Positions 24,178 to 35,290 of a stretch of DNA of 64,000 nucleotides are shown in pieces; within the stretch, counting starts at the first letter, position 1; each line of letters starts with the position of its first letter. The position numbers and the translations under genes were made by a program. The DNA lies in assembly GCA_963803975.1 (NCBI GenBank), contig CAWDOY010000049.1, positions 1 to 64,000 on the forward strand. The letters run 5' to 3'. This stretch comes from an uncultured delta proteobacterium (GTDB lineage: Bacteria > Desulfobacterota > WTBG01 > CAIYCZ01). Below the pieces are notes generated by a model that made no database searches, was not told the origin of the DNA, and saw only the letters and a list, made by a program, of their open reading frames with translations.

Positions 24178-24846
24178 ATGGAACTCACCGAAGGGCTAAG
24201 AACACGGCACAGCATGCGGGCATTCCTTAATAAAGCCGTCCCGCAGGAACTCATCGAGCAGATACTCGCCGAAGCTCACCAGGCCCCTTCTTCATCCAAT
24301 CAGCAGCCCTGGAATTTCTGTGTCGTCATGGGTAAGCCGCTGGCAACCCTGCGCGCAAAACTCCTCCAGGCCCACGAGCAGAACAGAACCCCCTATGACC
24401 CTTCCAAAGGTAAAACCATTCCCGCGGAATATGTGGACCGGACCCGTAAGCTGTTCAAGGCACTGCGCCCCTGTCTGCAGCAGCTGGGCGAGGAGAACCG
24501 CGCGTTTATAGAAACAGGCAGCCTGCGCCTGTATGACGCGCCGGTCGCCATACTCATGACCATGCATAAAAATTTTCCGCGCAGCCGGTTCATGGACCTT
24601 GGCATGGCTGCACAGAACCTGATGCTCGCGGCTCACGGCAGAGGACTCGGCACCTGCGCCATCGGCCTGGCGCTGCTCTATGAGGAGGTTATCAGGGCAG
24701 AGCTGCCCATTTCCCCGGAGTTCGATTGTGCCCTTATCATGGCTCTCGGTTATCCGGATGAGAGCTCGCCGGTGAACGGCTTCCGCTCTCCGCGCGAAGA
24801 TTTATCGCATATGGTACGCTGGATTGGTGTGGACGGGAAAGGCTGA
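24178..24846 (+). CDS. Nitroreductase family protein
   Basis: R.S.R.F, APSSSNQQPW, QNLMLAAH..GLGTC, LGYPD. Confidence 0.93.
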   Translation: MELTEGLRTRHSMRAFLNKAVPQELIEQILAEAHQAPSSSNQQPWNFCVVMGKPLATLRAKLLQAHEQNRTPYDPSKGKTIPAEYVDRTRKLFKALRPCLQQLGEENRAFIETGSLRLYDAPVAILMTMHKNFPRSRFMDLGMAAQNLMLAAHGRGLGTCAIGLALLYEEVIRAELPISPEFDCALIMALGYPDESSPVNGFRSPREDLSHMVRWIGVDGKG

Positions 24847-24902
24847 CAAACTGCTCTGAAGGCCTGGCGGTATGCGTGAAGAGTGCCGGGTGATGTCTCT
24901 AG

Positions 24903-24936
24903 CAGGCTGTTAAAAAACTGCTTTTTTAACAGCCTG
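24903..24936. mobile_element. Minimal (ends-only) derivative of the IS5-like MITE; probable bidirectional terminator
   Basis: Hairpin CAGGCTGTTAAAAAA-CTGC-TTTTTTAACAGCCTG flanked by CTAG/CTAT, between convergent genes. Confidence 0.65.
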
Positions 24937-25332
24937 CTATTCGTCGGCTCCTCCCTCTTTTATATACTCTTCATACTCCTCGCTATCCATAAGATTCTTC
25001 GCTTCATCCTCGTTTACGGTTTCAAGCTCTATCATCCAGCCATCGCCATAGGGATCATTCTGCATAAGGGAGGGGTCGTCCTCAAGTTCCTCATTAACAG
25101 ACACTACTTTACCGCTCAAAGGCGAATATATTTCAAAAACCACCTTTTCTGATTCAATAACGCCAAACGAATCAAACTGCTCAAGCTCATTTTCAACTTC
25201 AGGCAGCTGCACAAACAGTATCCGGTTAAAGCGCATGTGGCCATACTCGGTAATACCAATCCGTGCGGTATGGTTCCTGTTTATTTTTACCCACTCATGG
25301 GTCTTGGTGTATTTTAAATGATCCAATATCAT
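24937..25332 (-). CDS. gcvH: Glycine cleavage H-like lipoyl-carrier protein
   Basis: YTKTHEW, IGIT, ESEK (lipoyl Lys), SPLSGKV..VN, DPYGDGW; RBS GAGGAG. Confidence 0.85.
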   Translation of the reverse strand: MILDHLKYTKTHEWVKINRNHTARIGITEYGHMRFNRILFVQLPEVENELEQFDSFGVIESEKVVFEIYSPLSGKVVSVNEELEDDPSLMQNDPYGDGWMIELETVNEDEAKNLMDSEEYEEYIKEGGADE

Positions 25333-25380
25333 AATCGTGATGCTCCTCGCAGGCTGCAAAGGCTGCTGCCGCTTATTAGG

Positions 25381-25524
25381 TATAGTGAACGACACAACAA
25401 AATAGTCATTGCCACAAGCTGAAGCCCCGAGCGAAGCATGGGGGGACGCGGCAAGCGCAAAAGATTGCTGCGCTCAGTTCGCCATGACTCCTCTTGTGTC
25501 TGCTCACACCAGTCGTTCACTATA
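25381..25524. mobile_element. MITE with 13-bp perfect terminal inverted repeats
   Basis: TATAGTGAACGAC (25381-25393) and GTCGTTCACTATA (25512-25524); internal GTCATTGC...GCCATGAC REP-like arms. Confidence 0.75.
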
Positions 25525-25793
25525 GTTCTTAACCAGGGCCATAGTCCCTTCATTGTTAAATTAAAAATACAATTTGCTCTTGTCAAGCAAAAAAGGTAGT
25601 GTAACAATAAATTATTATGGCGCTGCGGGACCTGAGCAGGGAGACGGTACCTGAAGCAAACTAAAAACATGCGCTCTCTGCAGTACCTGTCAGGTTGTTG
25701 AAAAAGTAATTTTTCCCCAGGCTGGATCACCTGCCAAAGCCGTGCGCCAACATTCATGACGCTTTTCCAGTAACCGCTTGCGGAGCATACGCC

Positions 25794-26549
25794 ATGGAGA
25801 TTACCATAATCGGCTCAGGCACCTGTGTTCCATCGCTCAGGAGGGCGGCGCCCGCTATCATGGTTGATACCGGAGCGCACAAATTCCTCCTTGACAGCGG
25901 CCCGGGAACGCTCCGCCAGATGCTGCACGCAGGAATCACCATAAACGATATTGACACTATAGTCTACAGCCATTTTCATGCTGATCATACTGCCGATCTG
26001 GTGCCGTTTATATTTGCCTTAAAATATTCCCCGGGAGCGATACGAACAAAAAATATCTCTATTATCGGCCCTCCCGGGTTAAAGGAATTTTACCGAAGCC
26101 TGACGCTGGCGTACGGGAGATGGATTATACCGGAGCATTTCACCATCAACTGGATTGAAGCAGCCAGCGGATCAATTACGTGCGGCTCGGCCACGATAAA
26201 GACCGCCCCCACCATGCACGCGGAAAGCAGTATGGCAACACGCATTGAACTTGAGAGCGGTCAGGCAGTGGTTTATTCAGGAGATTCTGAATACTGTGCA
26301 AGCCTTGTAGAGCTTGGCCGCAACGCAGACCTGCTGATACTTGAGTGCGCGTTTCCTGAAGAAATGAAGTCCATCGGGCACCTGACGCCGTCCCTGGCCG
26401 GAAGGATTGCCCGCGAGTCCCTGTGTAAAAAGCTTCTCCTTACCCATTTTTACCCCCCCTGTGACGAAAGCGACCTCCTTACACCGCTTCGCAAAGAATT
26501 TTCGGGTGCGGTAATCCTGGCTGAAGATTTAATGAAGATCTGTATCTGA
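25794..26549 (+). CDS. Metallo-beta-lactamase fold hydrolase (RNase Z-like)
   Basis: IGSGT, LDSGPG, SHFHADH, YSGD, GHL, LTHFYP. Confidence 0.9.
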   Translation: MEITIIGSGTCVPSLRRAAPAIMVDTGAHKFLLDSGPGTLRQMLHAGITINDIDTIVYSHFHADHTADLVPFIFALKYSPGAIRTKNISIIGPPGLKEFYRSLTLAYGRWIIPEHFTINWIEAASGSITCGSATIKTAPTMHAESSMATRIELESGQAVVYSGDSEYCASLVELGRNADLLILECAFPEEMKSIGHLTPSLAGRIARESLCKKLLLTHFYPPCDESDLLTPLRKEFSGAVILAEDLMKICI

Positions 26550-26622
26550 TACGGGTATAGTGTATAATTTTCTCGTTACCTATAAATAACCAGCAGGAAA
26601 TTAAAAGCTATAAATTACACGT

Positions 26623-27539
26623 ATGGCTGCTGGAATACGCTTTTTAATCACCGGCGGGAGCGGGTTCGTAGGATGGAACCTGGTTAATTTTTTAAAAAAC
26701 CGCCATGAGGTGGCTGCCGGCTTTTACCGTAACCCGGTGCAGATTGAGGGCTGCCGGTTTCTGGAAATGGATATAACCGACCGGTCACGGGTTCTTGAAG
26801 CTGTCCGCTGTATTGAGCCCGCGGTCATAATCCATGCTGCGGCCCTGTCATCTCCTGACGAATGTGAAGAAAACAGAGCGCTGACCGATGACGGTCAATA
26901 TCGCGGGAACGCTCAATATGCTCGATGCAGCCCGGGAATGCAGCTGCCGTATGGTCTATGTTTCAACTGATATGGTTTTTGATGGTGAAAGCGGCAACTA
27001 TTCCGAGGCATCTGCTCCCTGCCCCATAAATTACTATGGCTGGTCAAAGCGGGAAGGGGAAAAGCTCTGCATGCAATCTGCAGCAGATGCGCTGATTGTG
27101 CGCATCACCCTCCAGTACGGATGGGGTAACGGTATACACGCCTCATGCAGCGACTGGCTCATAAAAAATATCCGGGCGGGCAGCCAGGTACGCCTCTTTA
27201 CCGACCAGTACCGGACCATGACCTATGTCATGGATACGGCACGGGGGTTAGAGCTGGCAGCGCTTAACGGCGCACCGCGGGAGATGTATCACCTCACCGG
27301 GCCGGAGCGCGTCAGCCGCTATGATTTCGGGCGCAGCCGTTGCCTCTGCATGTAAGCTTCCGCACCACCTGCTGATAAAATCGCGGATGGCTGATGTCCC
27401 GGCCCGTGCCCCGCGGCCCCGGGATGTATCACTGAACGGAAATAATTTTTTACGCCGGTTCAGCTATCAGCCGCGCGGAATAACTGAGGGGGTTGCGGCA
27501 ATGACTAAAGAAGGGGCCAAGGGAAGGACAAGGGGTTAA
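26623..27539 (+). CDS. RmlD-like NAD(P)-dependent oxidoreductase (two frameshifts)
   Basis: ITGGSGFVG, STDMVFDG, YGWSK, FTDQYR and RPRDVSL spread over three overlapping ORFs. Confidence 0.85.
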
Positions 27540-27650
27540 AAGGTGAAAAGCATAAACATTTGATGATCAATTCAGTACCCTTTGCACCTGAATTCTGAAC
27601 CTGCAATTTGCACTATTTGACCCTAAACATTCATTACCAGGACTAGACTC

Positions 27651-28999
27651 ATGGGCCATGGCAACATTCTGACTGAAGCTCACCGGGCGCTGGTAAAGCG
27701 GCTTGAAGCCGGCACTGCTGCTCTTCCTGAACCGGAAGATCCGCGTGCACGCGAAGCGTGGAAGGAAATTCTTGAAATTCTCTTCACCCCTGAAGAGGCT
27801 GCGCTTGCTTCACGGATGCCGGTAAAACCAGCGTCGCTTGAACAGCTGACAATCCATTTTAAAATCAGACCGGAGGAGTTAAAAGCCCGCCTTGACAAAA
27901 TGTGCGATAAGGCGCTGATTGCAGACCTTATCAATCCCGAAACCGGACAGGCCGTGTATGTTCTCTCCCCTCCGGTAGTCGGCTTCGTCGAGTTCTCAAT
28001 GATGCGGGCCCATGACAGCATGCCGAAGAAACAGCTTGCTGAAGCTTTTGAAGCCTATATGCACGGAGACGAAACCTTCGTCCGTGAAGTGTTTGCCGGG
28101 AAAACTACCATCGGCAGAACCCTGGTACATGAAACCGCGCTGGGGGAAGAGTCTCTGCCTGAAGTGTTTAGACTGGGAGCGGGCAACGGCAATTATTGAA
28201 AACGCCTCAGCCATTGCGGTCTCCCTGTGCTACTGCCGGCATAAAAATTTCCATCTGGGCTCATCCTGCGCCGCTCCCCTGGAGAATTGCCTGTCAATTA
28301 ACAGCGGCGCTGATTTTGTTATCCGCCGCTCCTTCGGCCGGGCACTGGGCACGGCAGAAGCCCTGGAGATTCTCCACGCCGCGCGTGAAAACGGTCTGGT
28401 TCATATTGCTGATAATGTGGCCCAGAGTCCCGCCTACATCTGCAGCTGCTGCGGCTGCTGCTGCGGTCAGCTGCAGACGATAAACCGGTACTCTCTGCCG
28501 GCAGTCACTCCCAGCGGCTTCAGCGCATCCTGCGACCGGCAGCTGTGCAGCGGGTGCTCCCGGTGTTCAAAGGCGTGCCCGATTGCAGCCATTACCATGA
28601 CTGCTCCCGGCCCGGAAACGCACCCCATTGGCAAACCGGCTCCCCGCCATTGATGCAGACCGCTGTATCGGATGCGGAATCTGTGCCCATACCTGCAGCA
28701 CGGGGGCGATGACTATGGTGCGCAGATCCCGGCAGCCCCGCATTCCCCGCAACTCCCTTGAAAAAGTCATCCGCATGATGCTTGAGCGGGGCAGGCTGCC
28801 CCACCTGCTTTTTGATCAAAGCATGGGCCGCTCAAGCTATTTTTTAAACCGCTTAATTGCCGCCCTCTGCGCTCTTCCGCCGATTGAGAAAATGCTTGCC
28901 AGCGAGCAGCTGCAATCACGGTTTGTGCGCTTTGTTCTTTCCCGCGTTCAGAATCCCGCTGGCTATGGGAACAAGCATGGAACGCATGCCAGCCGCTAA
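27651..28999 (+). CDS. 4Fe-4S dicluster protein with N-terminal winged-helix region (two frameshifts)
   Basis: CYCR, ICSCCGCCC, CSGCSRCSKACP and CIGCGICAHTC across three ORF pieces. Confidence 0.85.
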
Positions 29000-30611
29000 T
29001 TTCTCGCTGCGTTTAAAACGCCTGCTTGACCGCCTCGCTGAAAACCGGGCGCTGCTGGTGATCCTGCTTCTGGCTCTTAGTGTCAGGCTCTGGGGCATCT
29101 CGTTCGGACTTCCCGACATAGAGCATGGCGATGAAAGCGAAGTGGTGAACCATGCGGTCCGCTTTGGCAGCGGTGATCTGAACCCTCACCGGTTTCAGTA
29201 CGGGTCCCTGTTTCAGTATCTGCTGTTTATTTGCTACGGCCTCTATTTTCTTATCTCGTATGCGGCCGGCACCGCTGACTCGGTGCATCGGTTTGCCGTT
29301 AATTTTGTGCAGGACCCCACGGTGTTCTACCTGATTGCGCGCAGCCTGTCTGCGGTCCTGGGCACCGCCACCGTAGCAGTGACCTATCTCATGGGCAAAA
29401 CCCTGAAAAACAGGGAAACCGGGCTTGCTGCCGCCCTGTTCCTGGCCGCAAGCTTCACCCCTGCGGTCCATTCCCATTACTGCACGGTGGATATAGCGGC
29501 AACATTTCTTTTTTCCGCATCTGTATACGCAAGCCTTCGTATCTTTCAGCAGGATGGTTTCAGGCAGTACGCAGCAGCGGGATTGCTGGCCGGTCTTGCG
29601 TTTGCAACAAAATTTAACGGGATTATTGCTGCAGTCACGCTGCTTGCCGCGCATTTCCTGAAACAGGGCACCGGGCATTTTTACCGCAGATGTGCCAGCA
29701 AAAAACTGTGGGCCGGCATTGCCGCCATCTTTTTTGGCCACTTTGTCGCCTGCCCGTTTTTCTATTTTGATCTGAACACGGCACTCTCCGAAGTTGCTGA
29801 GCTTAAAGCCTTTCATGCTGCGACCGGCCTTACGCTGTTCACCTATCTGCAGGGCTTTATCAAAGAGTACTGGGGAATACCCCTGGGCGCTGTCTGCCTG
29901 CTGGGGTTTCTCCGGTCTGCGGCAACGCGCAGCCGGGAACGGCTGACCCTGTTTGTTACTGCGGCGGCAGTGCTCTTGTTTGCAGCGCAATATAAATATG
30001 CAGAAGCAAAATATATCCTATATTCCTTTCCAATATTTGCCGTTCTGGGGGGGTTGTTTTTTTTCGAGTGCTGCGGCCGCCTGAACCGGGTATATGCTGC
30101 AGCAATTATGCTCGTACTGCTTATTCATCCCCTGTACAGGATCTGCGCATGGGACTACGAGCACGCACAAAAAAGTATCAACCATGAGGCCCGGGAATGG
30201 ATCGAGGCCAGCATAACAATCAACTCAAAGATACTGCTCGACAACATCGGCAATGAAGGGCCCAAGCTGGACAATGCGCCCGATCAATTGCAGGAGCAGT
30301 ATCAGCGGGCACGGCAACACAAATTACTCAAAGCTGATTATCTGAAATTAAAGCTGGAAACAAAGCCGAAAATCTATTATAGAGTTTACCAGGTGGATAG
30401 CGCTGACGGGTCGCGCAGGGATGACTATCTCGCCTATCGTCTCTGGCAGGATACCGAAGAGATAGGCCGCCCGCCGGACTATTACCGGGAAAAAGGATTT
30501 GATTATGTTATAGTAACTGATAGATATTTCTCTCAGATGACAAGGGGGTTTAACCTCATCAAGGAATTTAAACGGGGAACCAAGGGTATAAGAATCTACA
30601 AAACAAGCTGA
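28977..30611 (+). CDS. GT-C membrane glycosyltransferase (PMT/ArnT family)
   Basis: Multi-TM; RLWGI.FGLP..H.DE, AR..SA..G and GLAFATKF motifs; start uncertain. Confidence 0.85.
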   Translation: MERMPAANFSLRLKRLLDRLAENRALLVILLLALSVRLWGISFGLPDIEHGDESEVVNHAVRFGSGDLNPHRFQYGSLFQYLLFICYGLYFLISYAAGTADSVHRFAVNFVQDPTVFYLIARSLSAVLGTATVAVTYLMGKTLKNRETGLAAALFLAASFTPAVHSHYCTVDIAATFLFSASVYASLRIFQQDGFRQYAAAGLLAGLAFATKFNGIIAAVTLLAAHFLKQGTGHFYRRCASKKLWAGIAAIFFGHFVACPFFYFDLNTALSEVAELKAFHAATGLTLFTYLQGFIKEYWGIPLGAVCLLGFLRSAATRSRERLTLFVTAAAVLLFAAQYKYAEAKYILYSFPIFAVLGGLFFFECCGRLNRVYAAAIMLVLLIHPLYRICAWDYEHAQKSINHEAREWIEASITINSKILLDNIGNEGPKLDNAPDQLQEQYQRARQHKLLKADYLKLKLETKPKIYYRVYQVDSADGSRRDDYLAYRLWQDTEEIGRPPDYYREKGFDYVIVTDRYFSQMTRGFNLIKEFKRGTKGIRIYKTS

Positions 30612-30643
30612 TTGCGGTCAGCCTATAACTCAAGGAGAGCACT

Positions 30644-31405
30644 ATGAAAAAATATGCCATCATTTTTACTGTATGTTTCTTTGCCGCGGCATGCGGCTCA
30701 AAAGCGGAAAAAGCTCCTGATGTAACAGAAGCCCCGCAGAGCGCCGCAGCTCCCGCTGCCCCTGCTGCGTACAGCGGAACCGTGCTGAGCACCAGGGATG
30801 CTTCAAATTACACCTATCTGGAAATCCAGGGCAAGGGCGCGCCCTTCTGGGCTGCAATACCGCGCAGTGCGGTGAAACAGGGCGATACGGTTGAACTCCT
30901 CAGTCCTGCCGTCATGAATAATTTTGAAGCTAAAGTCCTGGGAAGGAAATTTGACACCATCATTTTTGCCGGCGGCGTTTTGATTAATGGCAAGCAGCCG
31001 GAAGCAGCTGCAGGCAAGCCTCAGGCAGCAGCAGAAAACCAGAAGCAGGAAATGCCTGTTGATGCCAGCTCCCACATGCAAGCTGCCAGCACAGCTGATG
31101 CCTCTGATGTGAAGCAGGCTGCGGGTGGTGTGACCATTGCCGAGATCCTTGCAAAGCCCGCCTCCTTCAAGGATAAAAAAATAGTGCTGCAGGCCAAAGT
31201 TGTTAAATTCCTGCCCGAGATCATGAAGAAAAACTGGCTGCACCTGAAAGATGCCTCGGTAGCGGATAAGGATATCGTGGCAACCAGCGCGGGACAATTT
31301 AAGGTCGGGGATGTGGTCCTGATTGAAGGAACGGTTAAAACCAATCAGGATTTCGGCTTCGGCTATAAGTACGATGTGCTGATAGAAGAAGTAAAAATAA
31401 AGTAG
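30644..31405 (+). CDS. Lipoprotein with two OB-fold domains (NrfJ-like)
   Basis: Lipobox AAAC; GTV....ASNYTYL..WAA.P, NWLHLKD, DFGFGYKY. Confidence 0.7.
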   Translation: MKKYAIIFTVCFFAAACGSKAEKAPDVTEAPQSAAAPAAPAAYSGTVLSTRDASNYTYLEIQGKGAPFWAAIPRSAVKQGDTVELLSPAVMNNFEAKVLGRKFDTIIFAGGVLINGKQPEAAAGKPQAAAENQKQEMPVDASSHMQAASTADASDVKQAAGGVTIAEILAKPASFKDKKIVLQAKVVKFLPEIMKKNWLHLKDASVADKDIVATSAGQFKVGDVVLIEGTVKTNQDFGFGYKYDVLIEEVKIK

Positions 31406-31431
31406 CTGCCGGGTACCAGCGCGGGGCGCGT

Positions 31432-32819
31432 TCAGGCAGTTTCCGGCGGAGCGGTCTTTGGCAGCGACACGGTAAAGACTATAGCACTATCTTCCCGGGC
31501 GAATGAGAGGACTCCTCCCATATCCTTTACCAGCCGGTAGGCCAGCGGCAGCCCGATGCTTTCGCCGCCTTCCTCAAACGGCAGGAACAGCAGCTCCGGG
31601 TCTTTAGGGGCGTGTTCTGCTGCCGGGCTCCTGAATTCAATATTAATGTTTTGGCCATCGGCAAAGGCTTTAATGGCGAGCATATCACCCGCCTTCATCT
31701 CATCCAGTGCGTTCTGGATTATATTGATAAACACCTGCATCAGGATATCGGGGTCAGAGTAAATGACCGGCATATCCTGCTCAAGCTGCAGCCGGCAGTG
31801 CATGCGTCTTCCCTCAATCTCCGGGGTCAGGAGATTGACACACTCCGACACGATGTCATTGATTTTACAGGCGACCGGGCTGACGGTAACCGGCTTCAGA
31901 TAATTTGTTATCCGGTCGAGCATCTTTTCCAGACGCAAGGTCTCGCGTAAAATTATTCGGCTCTCGGACAATTCCGGTTCTTTTTTGTAGAGCCGCCGGG
32001 CAAAGCCGCCGATTGCCGCCAGGGGGTTGCGTATTTCATGGGCGACTTCTGCCGCAATGACGCCCAGGGTCTTCAGCTTTTCCCGCTGCACCAGAGTCTT
32101 CTGGGCAGCCTCAAGCGCGAGCGTGCGCTCCTTCACCAGCTCTTCAAGATTATCCCGATGCTTCTGCAGTTCATCCATTGCCAGCCGGTGGGCGGTTATG
32201 TCAGTAATAAACCCCTCCAGTGCCGGCAACCCTCCGGAAGGGGATGGCACCTGCCGGCCCTGCTCCCAGACCCATTTTACGCTGCTGCCGGCAGTTATGA
32301 TCCGGTATAGGTGAGCTGAAACGGCCGGTTCTCCTGCAACGCGGCCTGCACCTGGTTCCAGACCATTTCCTGATCGTCCGGATGTATGAGCTGCGCATAG
32401 GAAATTTTGCTGTTGTTGATCAGGTCATCCGCATGATATCCGGTGAGCATATAGCAGCCCTCGCTCACGAACTCCATGGTCCAGTCGCGGTCGTTGCGGC
32501 AGCGATAGGCAAGGCCCGGCAGATTGCTGAGCAGCGTCTCCAGGGTGCGCTGGCTTTCTTTGAGTTCCTCCTGGGAGCGCCGAATGGCCGCCATGTCGCG
32601 GTCAACAAGCCAGTACAGTATCAGCGCCGTAACCGAGAGAAAGAACCACCCTTCGAATAAATCCAGGATGGCGTGTGCAGTCTGGTCACTGAACAAGAAC
32701 GCGAGACCCCGATGAACAACGCTGATCCACAGCCCGCCAATCAGCATGAAGGCTGCGGCAATCTTTATCGGGCTAGTCAGCCACGCAGATGCTTTTCTCT
32801 TTGCCGGCTCTGTTTTCAT
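31432..32819 (-). CDS. Membrane PAS sensor histidine kinase (frameshift ~32300)
   Basis: Two TMs; NLPGLAYRC..D.DWTMEFVS PAS; EVAHEIRNPL H-box; degenerate HATPase. Confidence 0.88.
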
Positions 32820-32902
32820 GCCTATGGCCCTGGTACATATTCAATTTGGAACTCAGGAACTCTTGATGGGGAAAAATAAAATTTTCCTCTGATTTCCAGA
32901 TT

Positions 32903-33766
32903 TTAAATTTCCGGCAGCGGCTCCCGCCGCTTAACCCATTCTGCGGGAAGCCCGTTCGCGGACAGGGAAACGATGCCGCCCACAATGGCGCACGTGGTAT
33001 CACGGTCACCAAGCCCGGCAACCGTCCACCACAGGGCATCGGCAAAATCTTCCATGTGATAGGCAGCGCTCCACAGGCAAAAGGGTACGGTATCCTGGGC
33101 GGAGACGCGACTGCCGGTTCCCAACCGCAGCACTGCTTCATCCCGGTTATCGCCTGCTATATCAAGCGCTGCTTCAATACCGGTCCGGGTTTCTCCGTGG
33201 GGGACAAAAAAGAGCGTTTCTTTGATAAAATCCCGTTCCAAAGGATGGTTGGGGATCGCCGCAATCGCAGCCGCCGCTGCCACTGCCATGGCGCCTGCCT
33301 GTCCTTCCGGATGGGCGTGCGTTATGACCGCTGAGAGCTGCGCTTCATGGGCGGCGCGCTCCGGGTCGCCGCTGAAAAACCCGCCAAGGGGTGCAGCGCG
33401 CATGGCAGCACCATTGCCGTAGGAGCCGCCGCCAAACAGAGCCGGTGCCGCTGTTTTCCAGTAGTCCCCCCGATACATCATGGCGAGAAGCTTTTGCGCG
33501 CCGCCGCCATAGCCCCGGTCCGGCTCCTGCATGAAGCGCTCTGCAAACAGGCAGGCCAGCGCATCCTGGTGTATCCTGCCGTAGCTTCGTAACACCTCCA
33601 CCACGGAGAGCGCCATGTGCGTGTCATCGGTCCAGCGCCACGGGCCCTGAGGAAGTTCCCGGTTTTCAATCATGCGCGCGGGAGCGGAGAAAAAGCATTG
33701 CCCGAACGCGTCTCCCACGGATAGACCCGCAAGGCTTTGCAGCGCTTTATCTACTGCTGATATCAT
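32903..33766 (-). CDS. ADP-ribosylglycohydrolase family protein
   Basis: GDAFG, WTDDT, GNGAAMR, THAHP, GDRDT. Confidence 0.93.
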   Translation of the reverse strand: MISAVDKALQSLAGLSVGDAFGQCFFSAPARMIENRELPQGPWRWTDDTHMALSVVEVLRSYGRIHQDALACLFAERFMQEPDRGYGGGAQKLLAMMYRGDYWKTAAPALFGGGSYGNGAAMRAAPLGGFFSGDPERAAHEAQLSAVITHAHPEGQAGAMAVAAAAAIAAIPNHPLERDFIKETLFFVPHGETRTGIEAALDIAGDNRDEAVLRLGTGSRVSAQDTVPFCLWSAAYHMEDFADALWWTVAGLGDRDTTCAIVGGIVSLSANGLPAEWVKRREPLPEI

Positions 33767-33785
33767 AGGCCCGACATGAAACTAT

Positions 33786-33933
33786 CAGGTTGTGTAAAAA
33801 TATCATGCACAGGCTGGTCAAAAACATCCAGATGCAAGGCGCGCGAAATCCTGAGGAATGAGGCGTACTTTCCCGTACGTCGCAATGACGAAGGATAGCG
33901 TAACGCAGCAGATGGGTGTTTTTCAACAGCCTG
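33786..33933. mobile_element. IS5-like MITE, copy A
   Basis: CAGGTTGTGTAAAAA...TTTTTCAACAGCCTG, flanked by CTAT/TTAT; homologous to 42950-43099 and 46044-46195. Confidence 0.85.
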
Positions 33934-35290
33934 TTATCTTCATAGCAGCCTGCCACCTCCAGTTCCCTGCCCGCGCTGACCGCCTGATATTTCTGCCACC
34001 ATGCTGTGTCAATTTTTTTAAGCGACTGTTTTGTATCCGGCAGGCGGTACCGGGAAAGCTGCGAGGGGCCGCCGTTGTAAACTGCGTAGGTTGCGCGGCA
34101 CAGATTGTCAATGCCTCCGGTCTTCAGATGCTCGCCCTGCGTAATGCGCAAAATCCCTGAGGTAGTGCAGCAGAATTTCACAGCCGGCCCTGCCGTTGTA
34201 GGAGATATCGCCCAGCAAGACCCTTCTGATCATAGATGCCCCGCCACACGCGCTCGTTAATCTGCATGAGGCCCACCGAACCGAGCCCCTGACTTGAGCG
34301 GCAGCACCATGTCGCCCTTGCGGATGAACTGGCGCCAGCAGCTCTCCTGCCAGGCAGTAGCAAAAACAAGATTGCGATACATGCCGTGATATTTTTCCTC
34401 AAGGCCTGATTTGGCCAGGGTTTGCTCACCCAGACCCTGCAGCAGGCTGCGCACCAGCGTCAGATATTTCCCTAAATCTTTTTTTGACGGCACCCAGCCG
34501 TTGAGCTGCGCGGCCGTATCAGGTTCTGCTGCTGCAAAAGCCTCTGCAATAAACCATGCTGCAAGGGCACAGCCGCTGCATGTGTGAGGCACGCTGTTAT
34601 GAGCAGCTGTCCTGTTCAGGCTGCTAAAGAGATTCCCGTGGTCAATCTGCGGCGGCGGCAGCGGATCGCCAAAGCCAAGCAGTGAGCGCAGTTCCGGGTC
34701 CACCGCAGTGTCATAGCGCACCGGGTCCCCGGTGCTTCCCGGGGTCGAGGACGCGGGCCAGTGAGCGCATGCCGGCATCAGAAACCTCAAATCCGGTTGT
34801 GCTGCGGCTGCTGTGCAAGCGCCGCAAGGCCATCGACAGCGGCAATAAAATTGGCCCGCTGCCGCTTCTGCTGCTGCGATCCCGCGGGCAGGTTGGAGCG
34901 CTATTTTCTTCAGCTGCTCCCAGGTCCGGGCAAACAGCCGGGGCACCGGGTCCTGTGCCTGCGCCGGCAAAGGCTCCAGCTGTTCAAGTATGGCATAGCG
35001 CGCGTCAAGCAGGATGCCGAGCAGCGCCTGGCGCATGGGGCCGGGATTATTATTGCGCGCCATGAGTTTTTAATCACAAACGTCAGAAAAGCATCCCAGC
35101 GCTCCAGCCGCCGCTTCCTCATCTCCACTATTTGCTGCGCCACCATATCTTTCAGCGCCGGCCTCTGTTCGTCGCTGCGCGAGGACATCGGTCTGCATTG
35201 ACACGGTAACGCCGATGCTTTCCCTGAATAAACGCGGGCGGCTCAGCGTGACGTAGCGGCAGGCCGCTGCGGGCTACAGCGACGCCCAAG
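33934..35290 (-). pseudogene. Large lytic-transglycosylase-domain protein, fragmented
   Basis: Pieces RWDAFLTFVIK, ATAWQESCWRQF, GSVGLMQINERVWRG and YAVYNGGP lie in four or more frames; no intact start found. Confidence 0.7.
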
